This document shows, one piece after another, positions 38,796 through 48,600 of a stretch of DNA of 64,000 bases (the first letter of the stretch is position 1; each line of letters begins with the position of its first letter). This stretch comes from a virus: positions 64,001 through 128,000 of the IMG/VR virus record IMGVR_UViG_3300031772_000003; one strand, written 5' to 3'. A program made the translations under genes and the position numbers. The notes under the pieces were generated by a model. That model was given only the letters and a program-made list of their open reading frames with translations, did no database searches and had not been told where the DNA came from.

Positions 38796-39629
38796 TCAAT
38801 CATGGTAGCTCTCCACCAGCGCCCGGGCGTTGCCACCCATGATGCGCTCAAGTATCCTGGGGGGAAGCCCCAATGAGTTGATATGACTAATCTGCGGAAC
38901 GTCCTGGTCATCCCTCACGAGGTCGGACCCAAAGAGAAGCCGGTCACTCCATGCTTCCAAGAAGGCACGCCCCCCATCCTGCAAACGCCGTAACGCACCA
39001 TAGCCCGACATGGCAGACAGGTCGCCGTAGGCATTGGGGTAGCCACCCAAGACAGACTCAAGTGCCCCTGGACGTATGGCAGGTCGGTCGATCTTGTTAC
39101 TGTTGAGATCGTCCTCAGTAATATCCTGGCTAATTTCTGCCCACCAATGCGTGGCATGCAGGATGAATGCAGTCTCCTTGCACTGAGCAAGGACTCTCCT
39201 AAGCCCAGGGAGTCCTACTGTATCAACCCCTCTATTCCCCGCCAAGTGGATCAATACAGGGAGCTTGAACTCTGCACAGATGTGATAAACCTCAATCAGC
39301 CTGGGGTCATCCACACCTAAGTCCATCATGACCTCACCAAAGCCCTTGGCACCCTGCTCTACCCACTGCTCAATCAGGCTTCGCCACAAACCACGATCCA
39401 CTACCCTAGTGTCCAAGCAGCAAAAAGGTATGAGCCTGGACTCCCCCGCCGTCGCAGCAAGAACTTCAGCCGACGTAACGGGGTAGAGAGCATCGAGGCT
39501 ATCGTAAGACATCACGCACGCGGTACCAATACCATGCCCATCCATCCATCGCAGGAGCGAAGTAGAGGTGAAGTAACCCCATCTCTCTCGTATACGCCCT
39601 ATGTGGGTGTGGATGTCTAACACAATCAT
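38796..39629 (-). CDS. Amidohydrolase-2 family metallohydrolase
   Basis: DIHTH, GFGE, PVLIH, FILH, YGDLSA, DRLLFGSD, GGNA. Confidence 0.88.
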   Translation of the reverse strand: MIVLDIHTHIGRIRERWGYFTSTSLLRWMDGHGIGTACVMSYDSLDALYPVTSAEVLAATAGESRLIPFCCLDTRVVDRGLWRSLIEQWVEQGAKGFGEVMMDLGVDDPRLIEVYHICAEFKLPVLIHLAGNRGVDTVGLPGLRRVLAQCKETAFILHATHWWAEISQDITEDDLNSNKIDRPAIRPGALESVLGGYPNAYGDLSAMSGYGALRRLQDGGRAFLEAWSDRLLFGSDLVRDDQDVPQISHINSLGLPPRILERIMGGNARALVESYHD

Positions 39630-40273
39630 CGCCTCAGCACCATGCCAATGAGTTGACCTTCTACTGCGTCACACCGTACTGGGAAGACTAGGCGACGGCC
39701 TACGTACCAACCATCCTCCCAAGCCCTCCAATAAGTGAGGTCGATCATGGAGTCGAAAAGGGTAGACCACCTCTGCACATCCTCTGCGCAGATAGTTCGG
39801 CAGCCGGGGGTCGCTGCTTCCACGCTCTGCCGAACGTAGCCACTCCCTGTCTTCGTCCTGTGATCATGACTATAGCCACAGGTTATGACAATCACGGCTC
39901 CTGGCTTGGCAACCCGAGCGATGTGACCAAGAGCGGCGTCTTTATCGTACACATGTGGAAGGGCACTGACGCAAAACACTGCGTCATAGGCTGCACCAGG
40001 CAACTTACTTTTACAGATGTCATCCTGGGTCACCACCCCCGTCGACGGAGAAAAGTCAGTAACCGTAACGTCGTAGTTGATGCACATAAGCATTTGAGAG
40101 AGAACGCAGTATGGCCCGCAACCCACATCGAGAACTCGTCTTCCCCTAGCCTCCTTTAGCCAAGACAGGGCGTAGGGGTACTCGACAACGCGCTCGAATA
40201 CTTCAGGAGCCCTCCAAGTACGCCAGCCGCCCTCTTTTGAGCCATACGCTGCTGCTCTTATTTGCACATTCAC
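39626..40273 (-). CDS. Class I SAM-dependent methyltransferase
   Basis: ER.VEYP, VLDVGCG, YDAVFCVSAL.H, KPG. Confidence 0.85.
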   Translation of the reverse strand: MNVQIRAAAYGSKEGGWRTWRAPEVFERVVEYPYALSWLKEARGRRVLDVGCGPYCVLSQMLMCINYDVTVTDFSPSTGVVTQDDICKSKLPGAAYDAVFCVSALPHVYDKDAALGHIARVAKPGAVIVITCGYSHDHRTKTGSGYVRQSVEAATPGCRTICAEDVQRWSTLFDSMIDLTYWRAWEDGWYVGRRLVFPVRCDAVEGQLIGMVLRR

Positions 40274-41820
40274 TTCGGTCTCCTTACTACAATCCCAAGC
40301 CAGTGTTTAGACTTGCCAGACACCAAGCGAATGCTCGTAACAAGCTCAAACTGATGCCTGCAGCACAGAGCCAAAATCGAGCCTCGGTCATAGACCCTCA
40401 AGTGATCGGCACTCATCACACCACCTTCCGGCACTGTGACCACAACTACACCACCGGGTCGGAGTACTCTCTTTGCCTCAGCCAGGGCTTTACCATCATC
40501 CATCACATGTTCCAAAACCTCGCCCATTAGAACTGTATCAAAGCTGTGGTCATCGAGTGGCAAAGACTCCGCCAAGGCAGGAAGAAGTTTGGCGTGGACA
40601 CCCACGCTCATCAAATTGAGCTTGGCTTGTACGAGAGCCTCCCGACACACATCTACTCCTACAAGCTGTTCCACGCCGGTAACACGAGACGCCACAGCTA
40701 GCCCCACCCCATTAGAGCAACCCACATCCAATACGGCGGGTCCGTGGATGTACTTCGACATCCAATCGAACCGTGCGCGCAAGTGGGGATAGTGCTTATC
40801 GCCCGGAGACGACCACCGCTGCCACACTGTGTCAAGACGGGTCGTGCCGTTATTTCGGTCCCTTACGAATGCAGCCTCGTCAGCAGTCAACACAGTAGTA
40901 ATGTCAGGGAAGATTTCTCTATACCTCACTCTATGTGTATGGTTAGCCATTGCCGGGAGTGCCTTATCCCAATAGGTCTCGAATGGGTGGGAGAGGAGAG
41001 ATTCGAGGTCAGTTAGGCTATCGTAGTGGATAACATACGGGTCGAGGTCGCTCAAGCCATTACCAATAAGGTTACAGTTCGTGATAACAGCCGCGCCACT
41101 GGCAAGATACTCCATCAGCTTCGCCGGAATGAAATCACCATAACCACTCTCCGTAGGGCACACCAGTGCAGCAGCTTTGTACAAGGCATCCCAATAGGAA
41201 TCTTGGTCAAGCACGTCATTTATCGGTGGTGTAAACCCAATAACATGCCCCATCTTGCGGTAGAGGTCAAGGCGCTTCTCATAAGCCCCTGTTCTGCTCC
41301 TATAGCCACCAACAAACCAAACGCCCGACCTGCCTGGGTAGCCGTTGACAATACGCTGCTCTGACACTGACCATCGAAGGCACGGCACCCCCTCCCATGA
41401 TGCTGCATTCTCAAGACGTTGATAGTATTTCTGCTCCGTACCCATCTTAGGACAATACTCCGCAGACCTACGATTCCATACAGGCTGCCTACAATAGAGC
41501 TTATCAAACTGCCGATACCATTTGTCATCCTTCCTATAGTTCCATGAGTCACACTCCACGAAAACTTTGACAGTTCCTCTAACTTGCCGAAGGTCTGGCA
41601 ACCATTTTGCATAACGACGGCGCACCGTCCCGTAGAGGTAGTGGGGCTGGAAGGTGTCAATAGCGCGGTAGAGAGCCGACAGCGAGAGGTCGTGAACAAA
41701 GCCGGGTCCCCATAGACCAACCTCGACATCGGGTCCAACCTCATACATCCAATCGCTGTGGGAGGCGGCATTGAAGTTGGCTAGAGATGCTTTAGGGTAC
41801 AGGAAAAGAACACGTACCAT
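40270..41820 (-). CDS. GT-B (CgeB-like) glycosyltransferase fused to a class I methyltransferase
   Basis: N-terminal KLMEYLASG...NHTH.VR; C-terminal VLDVGCSNG, FDTV..GEVLEHV, RVLRPGG. Confidence 0.82.
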   Translation of the reverse strand: MVRVLFLYPKASLANFNAASHSDWMYEVGPDVEVGLWGPGFVHDLSLSALYRAIDTFQPHYLYGTVRRRYAKWLPDLRQVRGTVKVFVECDSWNYRKDDKWYRQFDKLYCRQPVWNRRSAEYCPKMGTEQKYYQRLENAASWEGVPCLRWSVSEQRIVNGYPGRSGVWFVGGYRSRTGAYEKRLDLYRKMGHVIGFTPPINDVLDQDSYWDALYKAAALVCPTESGYGDFIPAKLMEYLASGAAVITNCNLIGNGLSDLDPYVIHYDSLTDLESLLSHPFETYWDKALPAMANHTHRVRYREIFPDITTVLTADEAAFVRDRNNGTTRLDTVWQRWSSPGDKHYPHLRARFDWMSKYIHGPAVLDVGCSNGVGLAVASRVTGVEQLVGVDVCREALVQAKLNLMSVGVHAKLLPALAESLPLDDHSFDTVLMGEVLEHVMDDGKALAEAKRVLRPGGVVVVTVPEGGVMSADHLRVYDRGSILALCCRHQFELVTSIRLVSGKSKHWLGIVVRRPK

Positions 41821-42449
41821 TACTGCCCCCTCCGAAACACAGCACCAATAAAGTCAGGCGAGGTCGGCACCATCCTCTCCAAAGTGAAGCTCTCACTAAT
41901 CTTGTCTATGACAACCGAGGGACTAGCCCATATCATCGACTCGAAGTTCCCCAGTTCGACGTGGCTTCTCCCCCTCTTATCCTTCCACCGTGTGGTCAAT
42001 TTCATACTCGTGGATAGCTCCAAGAGGAAATAGCCGCCAGGCATTAGAACTCTAACAACCTGCCCAATCACCTTATCTAGGTCGAATGAGTGGTCCAAGC
42101 AATTGGTGTAGACAATACACAAGGAAGAGTCAGCCGCAGGTATTGAATGGAAATCCCCCACAGTCACGTAGGGGTTACTCTCGCCAGGATACAAATCAAT
42201 GCCCTTAGCGCCCACGAACCCAAGCTGCCTCAACGCAACGACTTCTTCCCCCAGCCTAGCCCCCAAGCACAACACCCCAGGGCTTCTAGGTAAGCCCCCA
42301 GTAAGTATCCCAAGCCTGTCCACAATCCGAGATAACCTCTGGTTGAATGCAGCCTTGAACTCTGCTATTCCTGTCTGGAGTTTCGCGGCTTGGTGCTTGA
42401 TGTATGACTCGTAGTCAGGGTAATTTCGGTAGACAATGGGATTAGCCAC
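41820..42449 (-). CDS. Class I SAM-dependent methyltransferase
   Basis: LCLGARLGEEV, GIDL, GDFH, YTNCLDH, RVL.PGG. Confidence 0.82.
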   Translation of the reverse strand: MANPIVYRNYPDYESYIKHQAAKLQTGIAEFKAAFNQRLSRIVDRLGILTGGLPRSPGVLCLGARLGEEVVALRQLGFVGAKGIDLYPGESNPYVTVGDFHSIPAADSSLCIVYTNCLDHSFDLDKVIGQVVRVLMPGGYFLLELSTSMKLTTRWKDKRGRSHVELGNFESMIWASPSVVIDKISESFTLERMVPTSPDFIGAVFRRGQ

Positions 42450-43257
42450 GCCGGGACTCCTTGAACAGCCGTTGGGCAGTTGCTACCATAGACGGAATCT
42501 CCAAGAGAGGGAACCGAGTACAAACACTTTGGTAGTCAGTCGTGTGACTACAAGACAAGAAATAGTCAAAGTAGCCCATGTAGTAAGCGTAGAAGAAGCT
42601 ATCCATCGGGTCAGGATTGGGGCGTCTGACTCGCCACAATCCGGTATGAACACCGTGGTGTGGACCAGACCCCTCCCAGTCTATTCGGTTTTCTTCTTTA
42701 GGTAGTCCAATCCCGGACTCTACCATAAGGTGGTAGAGAACCTCCTCGTTTCGCTGCTTCCCAAAAGCACCTGCGAGGAGCCTTCGCCTATAATCCTTGA
42801 GCAAGCCGCCCACAGCTTCATAGTAAGGACGCCTTCTAATGAAGTGCAGGCCAGACAACCGCTCCTGCCTTGGTCGCAAGCAGTTACTATAGGGTAACCC
42901 GTTAGCTTCACAGTGGCTTATATGGACAGCCTCAATACCCCGCTCCTCTGGGCAGAGCAAAATGTCTACGTCACCGATGTAAGCATTCTCATACGGCTCA
43001 AACACCAACTCATCCAGGAGCCAACGCAGTGTCTTGAGTGGCTGCCCTTTCAAAGGCAACTCTGATATGGGGTCTACGACAAAGCGATAGTCATGATCTA
43101 CAGGTACAGATGCTCGTATCTCCGCTGATACTCTATCCCGAGGGGTTGTCACCACCCGCAACCCGTAATCTGGATAGACCCGTGACAGGAACCACATGAA
43201 GTGCGGGAGGTATCGCTCATAGCCGCCACCAACTACCAAACCCACACAAGTACTCAT
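42442..43257 (-). CDS. Putative glycosyltransferase (GT-A, DxD)
   Basis: YIGDVDI, LPYSN, RLSGLHF, E..LY; operon context. Confidence 0.6.
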   Translation of the reverse strand: MSTCVGLVVGGGYERYLPHFMWFLSRVYPDYGLRVVTTPRDRVSAEIRASVPVDHDYRFVVDPISELPLKGQPLKTLRWLLDELVFEPYENAYIGDVDILLCPEERGIEAVHISHCEANGLPYSNCLRPRQERLSGLHFIRRRPYYEAVGGLLKDYRRRLLAGAFGKQRNEEVLYHLMVESGIGLPKEENRIDWEGSGPHHGVHTGLWRVRRPNPDPMDSFFYAYYMGYFDYFLSCSHTTDYQSVCTRFPLLEIPSMVATAQRLFKESRRG

Positions 43258-44219
43258 GCCCACACCATATTACTTTCGATGTAGTCCACGGTCTGCTTGT
43301 ATCCCAAACGCTGACCCCACAGGTGGCTTGCGTCAGCCACATCCCTATAATACGCAGGATCATCCCTCAATCGCTGGAGAGCTACGTACAACTCCTGTTC
43401 AGTGCAGGCTTTGACCACAGGGCAGCCCCCATAGTAACCAACGAACTGGCACTTGCCCCCACCGTAAACCGTGGGCAGACCCAGCCTCATTGCCTCCAAC
43501 CCGCTCTTGCCCACACCACCAAGCGGCATAATCTGGTCCACAAAGACATGGCACCTCGACTTGGTTTCGATAGCCTGGACATAGGGGACACCCCGTAGTA
43601 TCTCAATCGGGGTATGCAGTTGCTTGCAGACACTCTCAATAAGGTCAGTCCCTTTATCCTGCCCCACAACATGATACTTGGCTCCTGGGGTGTGGCAGAC
43701 CGTAAACTTCCTGAAGGGTGTGGAAGTATTGACAAGCTCAAAGGGCTGCATCAACGGCACCGCATCGGGGTCGCACCACAGAAGGTCGCACATGGCGAAC
43801 CTGCGAAGGCATGGCAGCCCGCCAACGTAACTATTGATCTTGTCGTGCCCAGCCCTGTACCTCGTACCTGACCAGAAAAAGATCAGGCTCTTACCGGCGA
43901 GCCACTTCGCTACAACGCTATTGCCTGCATCAGGAGCATGCGATAGCCTCATGCCCGTCTTCTTACTGAGGTACGCCGCAACAGTGATCAGCCCATGATA
44001 GTCACAGATAAACAGCTTCTTCACTCTGGACATTAGCCGGTCCACTGCCGCAAAGTCCTTGCCAACCATGAGACCGTCGCCAAACTGGTAGGGGGATGGT
44101 ATCGCCGTAATGAGGTGCGTCTTGTACCGAGCCGAGTAATTGCTGAACGCCTGGTTCAGGTTGACTGCACCGCCAAACCCGCCGTGGTGGGATACAAAGA
44201 GCATCTCTTCTTCACGCAT
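43254..44219 (-). CDS. GT-B (GT4-like) glycosyltransferase
   Basis: H.P...KGT, VFVDQ....G.SGLEAM.LG.P. Confidence 0.75.
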   Translation of the reverse strand: MREEEMLFVSHHGGFGGAVNLNQAFSNYSARYKTHLITAIPSPYQFGDGLMVGKDFAAVDRLMSRVKKLFICDYHGLITVAAYLSKKTGMRLSHAPDAGNSVVAKWLAGKSLIFFWSGTRYRAGHDKINSYVGGLPCLRRFAMCDLLWCDPDAVPLMQPFELVNTSTPFRKFTVCHTPGAKYHVVGQDKGTDLIESVCKQLHTPIEILRGVPYVQAIETKSRCHVFVDQIMPLGGVGKSGLEAMRLGLPTVYGGGKCQFVGYYGGCPVVKACTEQELYVALQRLRDDPAYYRDVADASHLWGQRLGYKQTVDYIESNMVWA

Positions 44220-44985
44220 CCCAATACTCCGTTGTGAGCCAAGACTCACCCACGTTGATATAGTCGAAGACCGCCCGTGCCATCTCGTGGTCTACCTGCC
44301 CCACCCGCTTACTCTCAACCTGTATAGCAGTAAGAATGTCATCCAGTCCCCCCCACGGGATCGCGCTCGGCTGTCCTCCATTGTAAATCGACCTACGACC
44401 CATAAGCCCCAACTCCACCACGCTATTGGCGATCCCATCATGGGGCGTCAAGCGTATCCCCAAGAAGCACCGCTCGTAGATACCTCGAAGGGCAACGCGG
44501 TCAAACTGGTACGGACTCTCCACGACGTTGACGCCGAAGCCACACCGCTCCACAACGCGGTCAAGAAGGTCTTGGCGATAAAACTTGGGCTTGGTCTTAG
44601 GTGCGTAGGCGTAGATTTCTGAACCTAGCGGGGTCGGTGAGAAACCATTCATGTCCGACCCCACAATCGGAACGACCTTGCAGGGGACGTTAGCCTTTGC
44701 GAGATCGTCCTGTATAAATGAGGATATGGCAAGGTGCCTCACGTTAGGCTTGGTCATGACTTTCAATGCCGTGGGTGGGAACTTCATGATGTCGGAACCC
44801 CGCCATAGCACTATGGCTAGCCCTTTGTGCCTAGATAAGGCTTGGGCATCGTCAGGTGTGTACAGCCCATAGAAAACAACGGGGGCGGAGGGATCGGTGT
44901 AAGGACTCAAGCCATGCCGATCCACGAAGGGTCCAAATGACTTCTTCACGATCGCACTCATCCTACACTGACCGATCCTACTCAC
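44212..44985 (-). CDS. GT-B-like glycosyltransferase
   Basis: W.GSD, Y..CFLGIRLT.HDG.AN.V.ELGLMGR. Confidence 0.65.
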   Translation of the reverse strand: MSRIGQCRMSAIVKKSFGPFVDRHGLSPYTDPSAPVVFYGLYTPDDAQALSRHKGLAIVLWRGSDIMKFPPTALKVMTKPNVRHLAISSFIQDDLAKANVPCKVVPIVGSDMNGFSPTPLGSEIYAYAPKTKPKFYRQDLLDRVVERCGFGVNVVESPYQFDRVALRGIYERCFLGIRLTPHDGIANSVVELGLMGRRSIYNGGQPSAIPWGGLDDILTAIQVESKRVGQVDHEMARAVFDYINVGESWLTTEYWDA

Positions 44986-45686
44986 GCCTTGCCCCTCATG
45001 TATTCTAGCGACCTCTGCCGAATCAGCTTATCACACGCCTTTTGCTTCGCCCTACCCGACGTTGACATGCTACCAGGTCGTGGGTGCCGATACACGTAGG
45101 TCACCACGGGTACATGCTTAGTCGCACAGCCCGTCTCCCCAAGTAGGACGGCTATCTGATAGTCTACCGCTGAGGAAATCGAGGTATCGAGACCCCGGCT
45201 TTTGCGGTAAAAATCCAGGGACCAGAACTGCTGACACCCCGCTCCCCACCACCCACAGTTACAAATCGCGCTCCATAGGGTAGTACCAGGAGGGAGGGGT
45301 TTGCTCCACCCGTGCCTATCGGTTCCCATAAACTTCCAGGCCGTCCATACATAACCGACAGACGTATCTTGAAAGGGGGGTACACCCACGGACAAGCTAT
45401 TAGACATCAGGGTATCATCACTGCCCAAGAACGTCACCACGTCGCCTGTGGCAGCGTCCAGGGCAGCTTTGAGGGCGGCGGCACAACCGCCGTGGGGGAG
45501 CTTGAGCAGGGTAACAGGCTGGCCCGCTATGAGGCTTTCCACAACGTCGGCAGTATCATCCGTCGAGCCGTCATCGGCGATGATCAACTCCCACTGCTTA
45601 TGGGTCTGGGCGAACACAGAGCGGATCGCCTCAGCTATATAGGGGGCAGTGTTGTAACATGGAACCAACACGCTTACCACTTTCAT
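44982..45686 (-). CDS. GT2 family glycosyltransferase
   Basis: VSVLVPCYN..YI.EAI.SV..QT...WELII.DDGSTD, FL.SDD. Confidence 0.9.
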   Translation of the reverse strand: MKVVSVLVPCYNTAPYIAEAIRSVFAQTHKQWELIIADDGSTDDTADVVESLIAGQPVTLLKLPHGGCAAALKAALDAATGDVVTFLGSDDTLMSNSLSVGVPPFQDTSVGYVWTAWKFMGTDRHGWSKPLPPGTTLWSAICNCGWWGAGCQQFWSLDFYRKSRGLDTSISSAVDYQIAVLLGETGCATKHVPVVTYVYRHPRPGSMSTSGRAKQKACDKLIRQRSLEYMRGKA

Positions 45687-48600
45687 GCTCTCGCTCTGAT
45701 ATTCACAGGCTGCCATTCCCCTGATGGAAGCTGAATGCCGGTGACATGGACGGAACGGCCTTTGAGCAATCGAATCTCCTGCTCCTCCTCACCCAAGGAT
45801 GGTTGGCAGCGGGCGAACAGCGTCCCCTTCCAGTCAACACTCTTTGATGGAACCGACGCCCGGAGGACGACGCAGGGGCCCCCATGCCCCCAATGGCACT
45901 CCGCTTTGTCCTCCTCGTCAGCCCAGTAGACTCCAATCCCCCGTGTCCGGATGTGCTGCCACACCGTAGCGGGATCAACCGGGTCAACGTCGATGGCCCG
46001 GTACAGCACCAGGGGGTCGGACATCCCAGCAATGCCCTCAAGAGCATCGTCCAGAGCCCGCTCGATCTCTTCCCGAACCATCTTCTCCGCACGAGCATCC
46101 ACCTCCACATCCGTCGCGTCGTCCCCAAGATCCTCCCGGGCGAGGTCAGCATAATTGTTTATCTCGTCCACGGAGTCGTGCAGCACCGCTGCAACCATCT
46201 CCTCCCGCTCCTCGTCGGTCAGTTCAGGGGCGAGGCTATAGGTGCTGGGCTGGAATGACTCCGCGACCTGCTGCCCCTGGTCAACCACCCGTTTCACAAC
46301 GCCAGCCCGACGTACAGTAGGGGGTCGTCGCTTACTTGCTTGCCTTGCCATATCATCATTCACCCATGCAGGAGCTACGTCATAATCCTGCTCTCGCCAA
46401 ATATCCGCACGGTGGTTCCCATCATTGATCACGACACTACCATCCACCTCACGAGTAACTACGATAGGAGGGAAGCCCCTACCAAAACTCCGCTGAAGCT
46501 CATCCTCTGGGTAGGACTCAACCTCAGAGCGAGCCTGCAGCTCACGGGCGAGTAGTTCCACGTCGCTGTCATCATACCCATCATCGGGGTCCCACGGCAA
46601 GAAATCGCGCCAGTTATCAAACCCAGAGCGATGATATTGCGTCTCCCCCGCGGTCCACCTCTCCAGCATCTCCTCAGCCTGCTCCATAAAAACAGGGTCA
46701 AGCTCTCCCTCGCCCTTACGTAGGGCTTCTGCACCCTGCTTCTCCACACGCTGCGGCTTCAGGTCAGCTAGGTCAACCATAGCGGTATAGACAAAACGGT
46801 CTGGCTTAACACCCACGAATTGAGCCACCGTCTGCTGCGTCCACTTACCGTAATTGTCCGTAGCATCCCAATCATGCTCCGGCGCTTTTCCCTCGTAGTC
46901 ATCCACGGGCTGACCAAGAGGGGGCACCGCAGCTTCAAGCAGGCTCTCGGTTACTTGCTCCCCCTGCTCGACCAACTTCTGGATCTGGTCATACCCGTTC
47001 TCGACCACAACCTCAGCGACCGGGTGCTGGTCAATGTACCTTCGGGCATTCACCAGCTTGCCCGTGTGCTTCAACGCCCGCAACGGCTCACGCGACGTGA
47101 TCGCTCCCAACTGAATCATCTGTGTGGTTACGTCCGCGAGCTTCCCCTTGTCCTTACCTACCAACACCCTCCTTCGAACTTCCTCTCCTTCCACGTCCAC
47201 CTCATCCCCAACAAGGAAACCACTACGTTCCTGGGGGTTCTTGAGGATCACACGAAAGGTCTTGCCGTCTGGGGTCTTGGCAGTAACTTGCTCGAACGGG
47301 AAGGGAGCTAGATCAGGATGATCTATGCCTACTTGTTCCTGTATCCCGGACTCGTCCCGCTCGACCAGCTTCTGAATCTGCTCATGTGCGTTCTTCAACA
47401 GTGCGGCAAGTCCGAAGTGTTGGGGCTTGACCCGGTACATCTCCTCCCACGTCACCCACCTATGGCCCTCCGTCTCCCAACCATGTCCAGGCTCGAACTC
47501 CTCCGGGACGATGCCGAGGAAATTGGAGTACTGGAACCCCTCAGTAGTATAGACATAACTCGGCACTAGCTCCATCGAGCCCGTGTACCCCGTCTCCTCA
47601 ATGAACTCGCGTCGAGCCGCGGTCTCCGGTGCCTCGTCCTCGATGCGACCCCCCCAGATGCCCCAAGTGTGGGGCTCGTTGACCTCGGAGCTACGGTAGG
47701 CCAGCAGGAACCGGCCCGTGGAGGTGCAGAGGGGGAGGATGCCTGCACCTTGATCGCCCCAGAAATGGCGGCCAGCAGTATTCGCGTAGTAGGTGCCGTG
47801 GGGGGTAAGAGCTTCGATAAGGGCACCGGCATTGACACAGCGGTCCAGATAATCCACCGCGTCCTCCTGGGACAGGTAGCGATGGTGGTGGGTTATGTTA
47901 GAGTCCCACCACTCAAACTCCACCTCTGGGCAGTCATCAGGAGATTGGCCAGCCACAAGCTCCCGGAGGGTCTGGAGAGCGGCCACGGCAAATGGTGCTT
48001 TGCTGCTGCCTATCTGTACCTTGAACCCTGAACCATCGTCTCCGGGACGGATACGGATGCTCCCCGCATCCAGGGCAGCCTGGAAGCCATCCTTGCCATA
48101 CTTACGCTCAGCCCTAGCGACATGGTGTAGCCCACCACCCCAGGCATTGGTGCCGTGGTCAAACGAACCATCAGACCATACCCATGCACCATAGGGACCA
48201 ATCTCGTAGGGGCTGAGGCGGGCTTCCTGCACACTCTCCTCCTGCACCTGCCCCGCGATCTGAATCCACTGCCGCACCAGGTTCTTCATCTCCCACACAG
48301 TCATCGTCTCACCGGGAACCTCGGACTCAACACCGACCTCTGTAGTTAGCTCCACCGTAAAATGTGCGGAGGTGTGGGCAAGAAGGTTCAAGAGGGTGAG
48401 GTATGCAGCATTGGACGTAAGCCCCGCCATTGGGGGGGCACAACGCACGAACAAAGTAAGGTCCTCTAAATTGACAAGGATGCCCCCATGCTCAATACCC
48501 AAGCGGATGCCGGCGGCGTCATCCCGATCATCATCCGGGACAGCGGGCGCATACTTGTCATAAGCCGCCTTTGCATGGAAATAGCCGGTCTCAATCTCCC

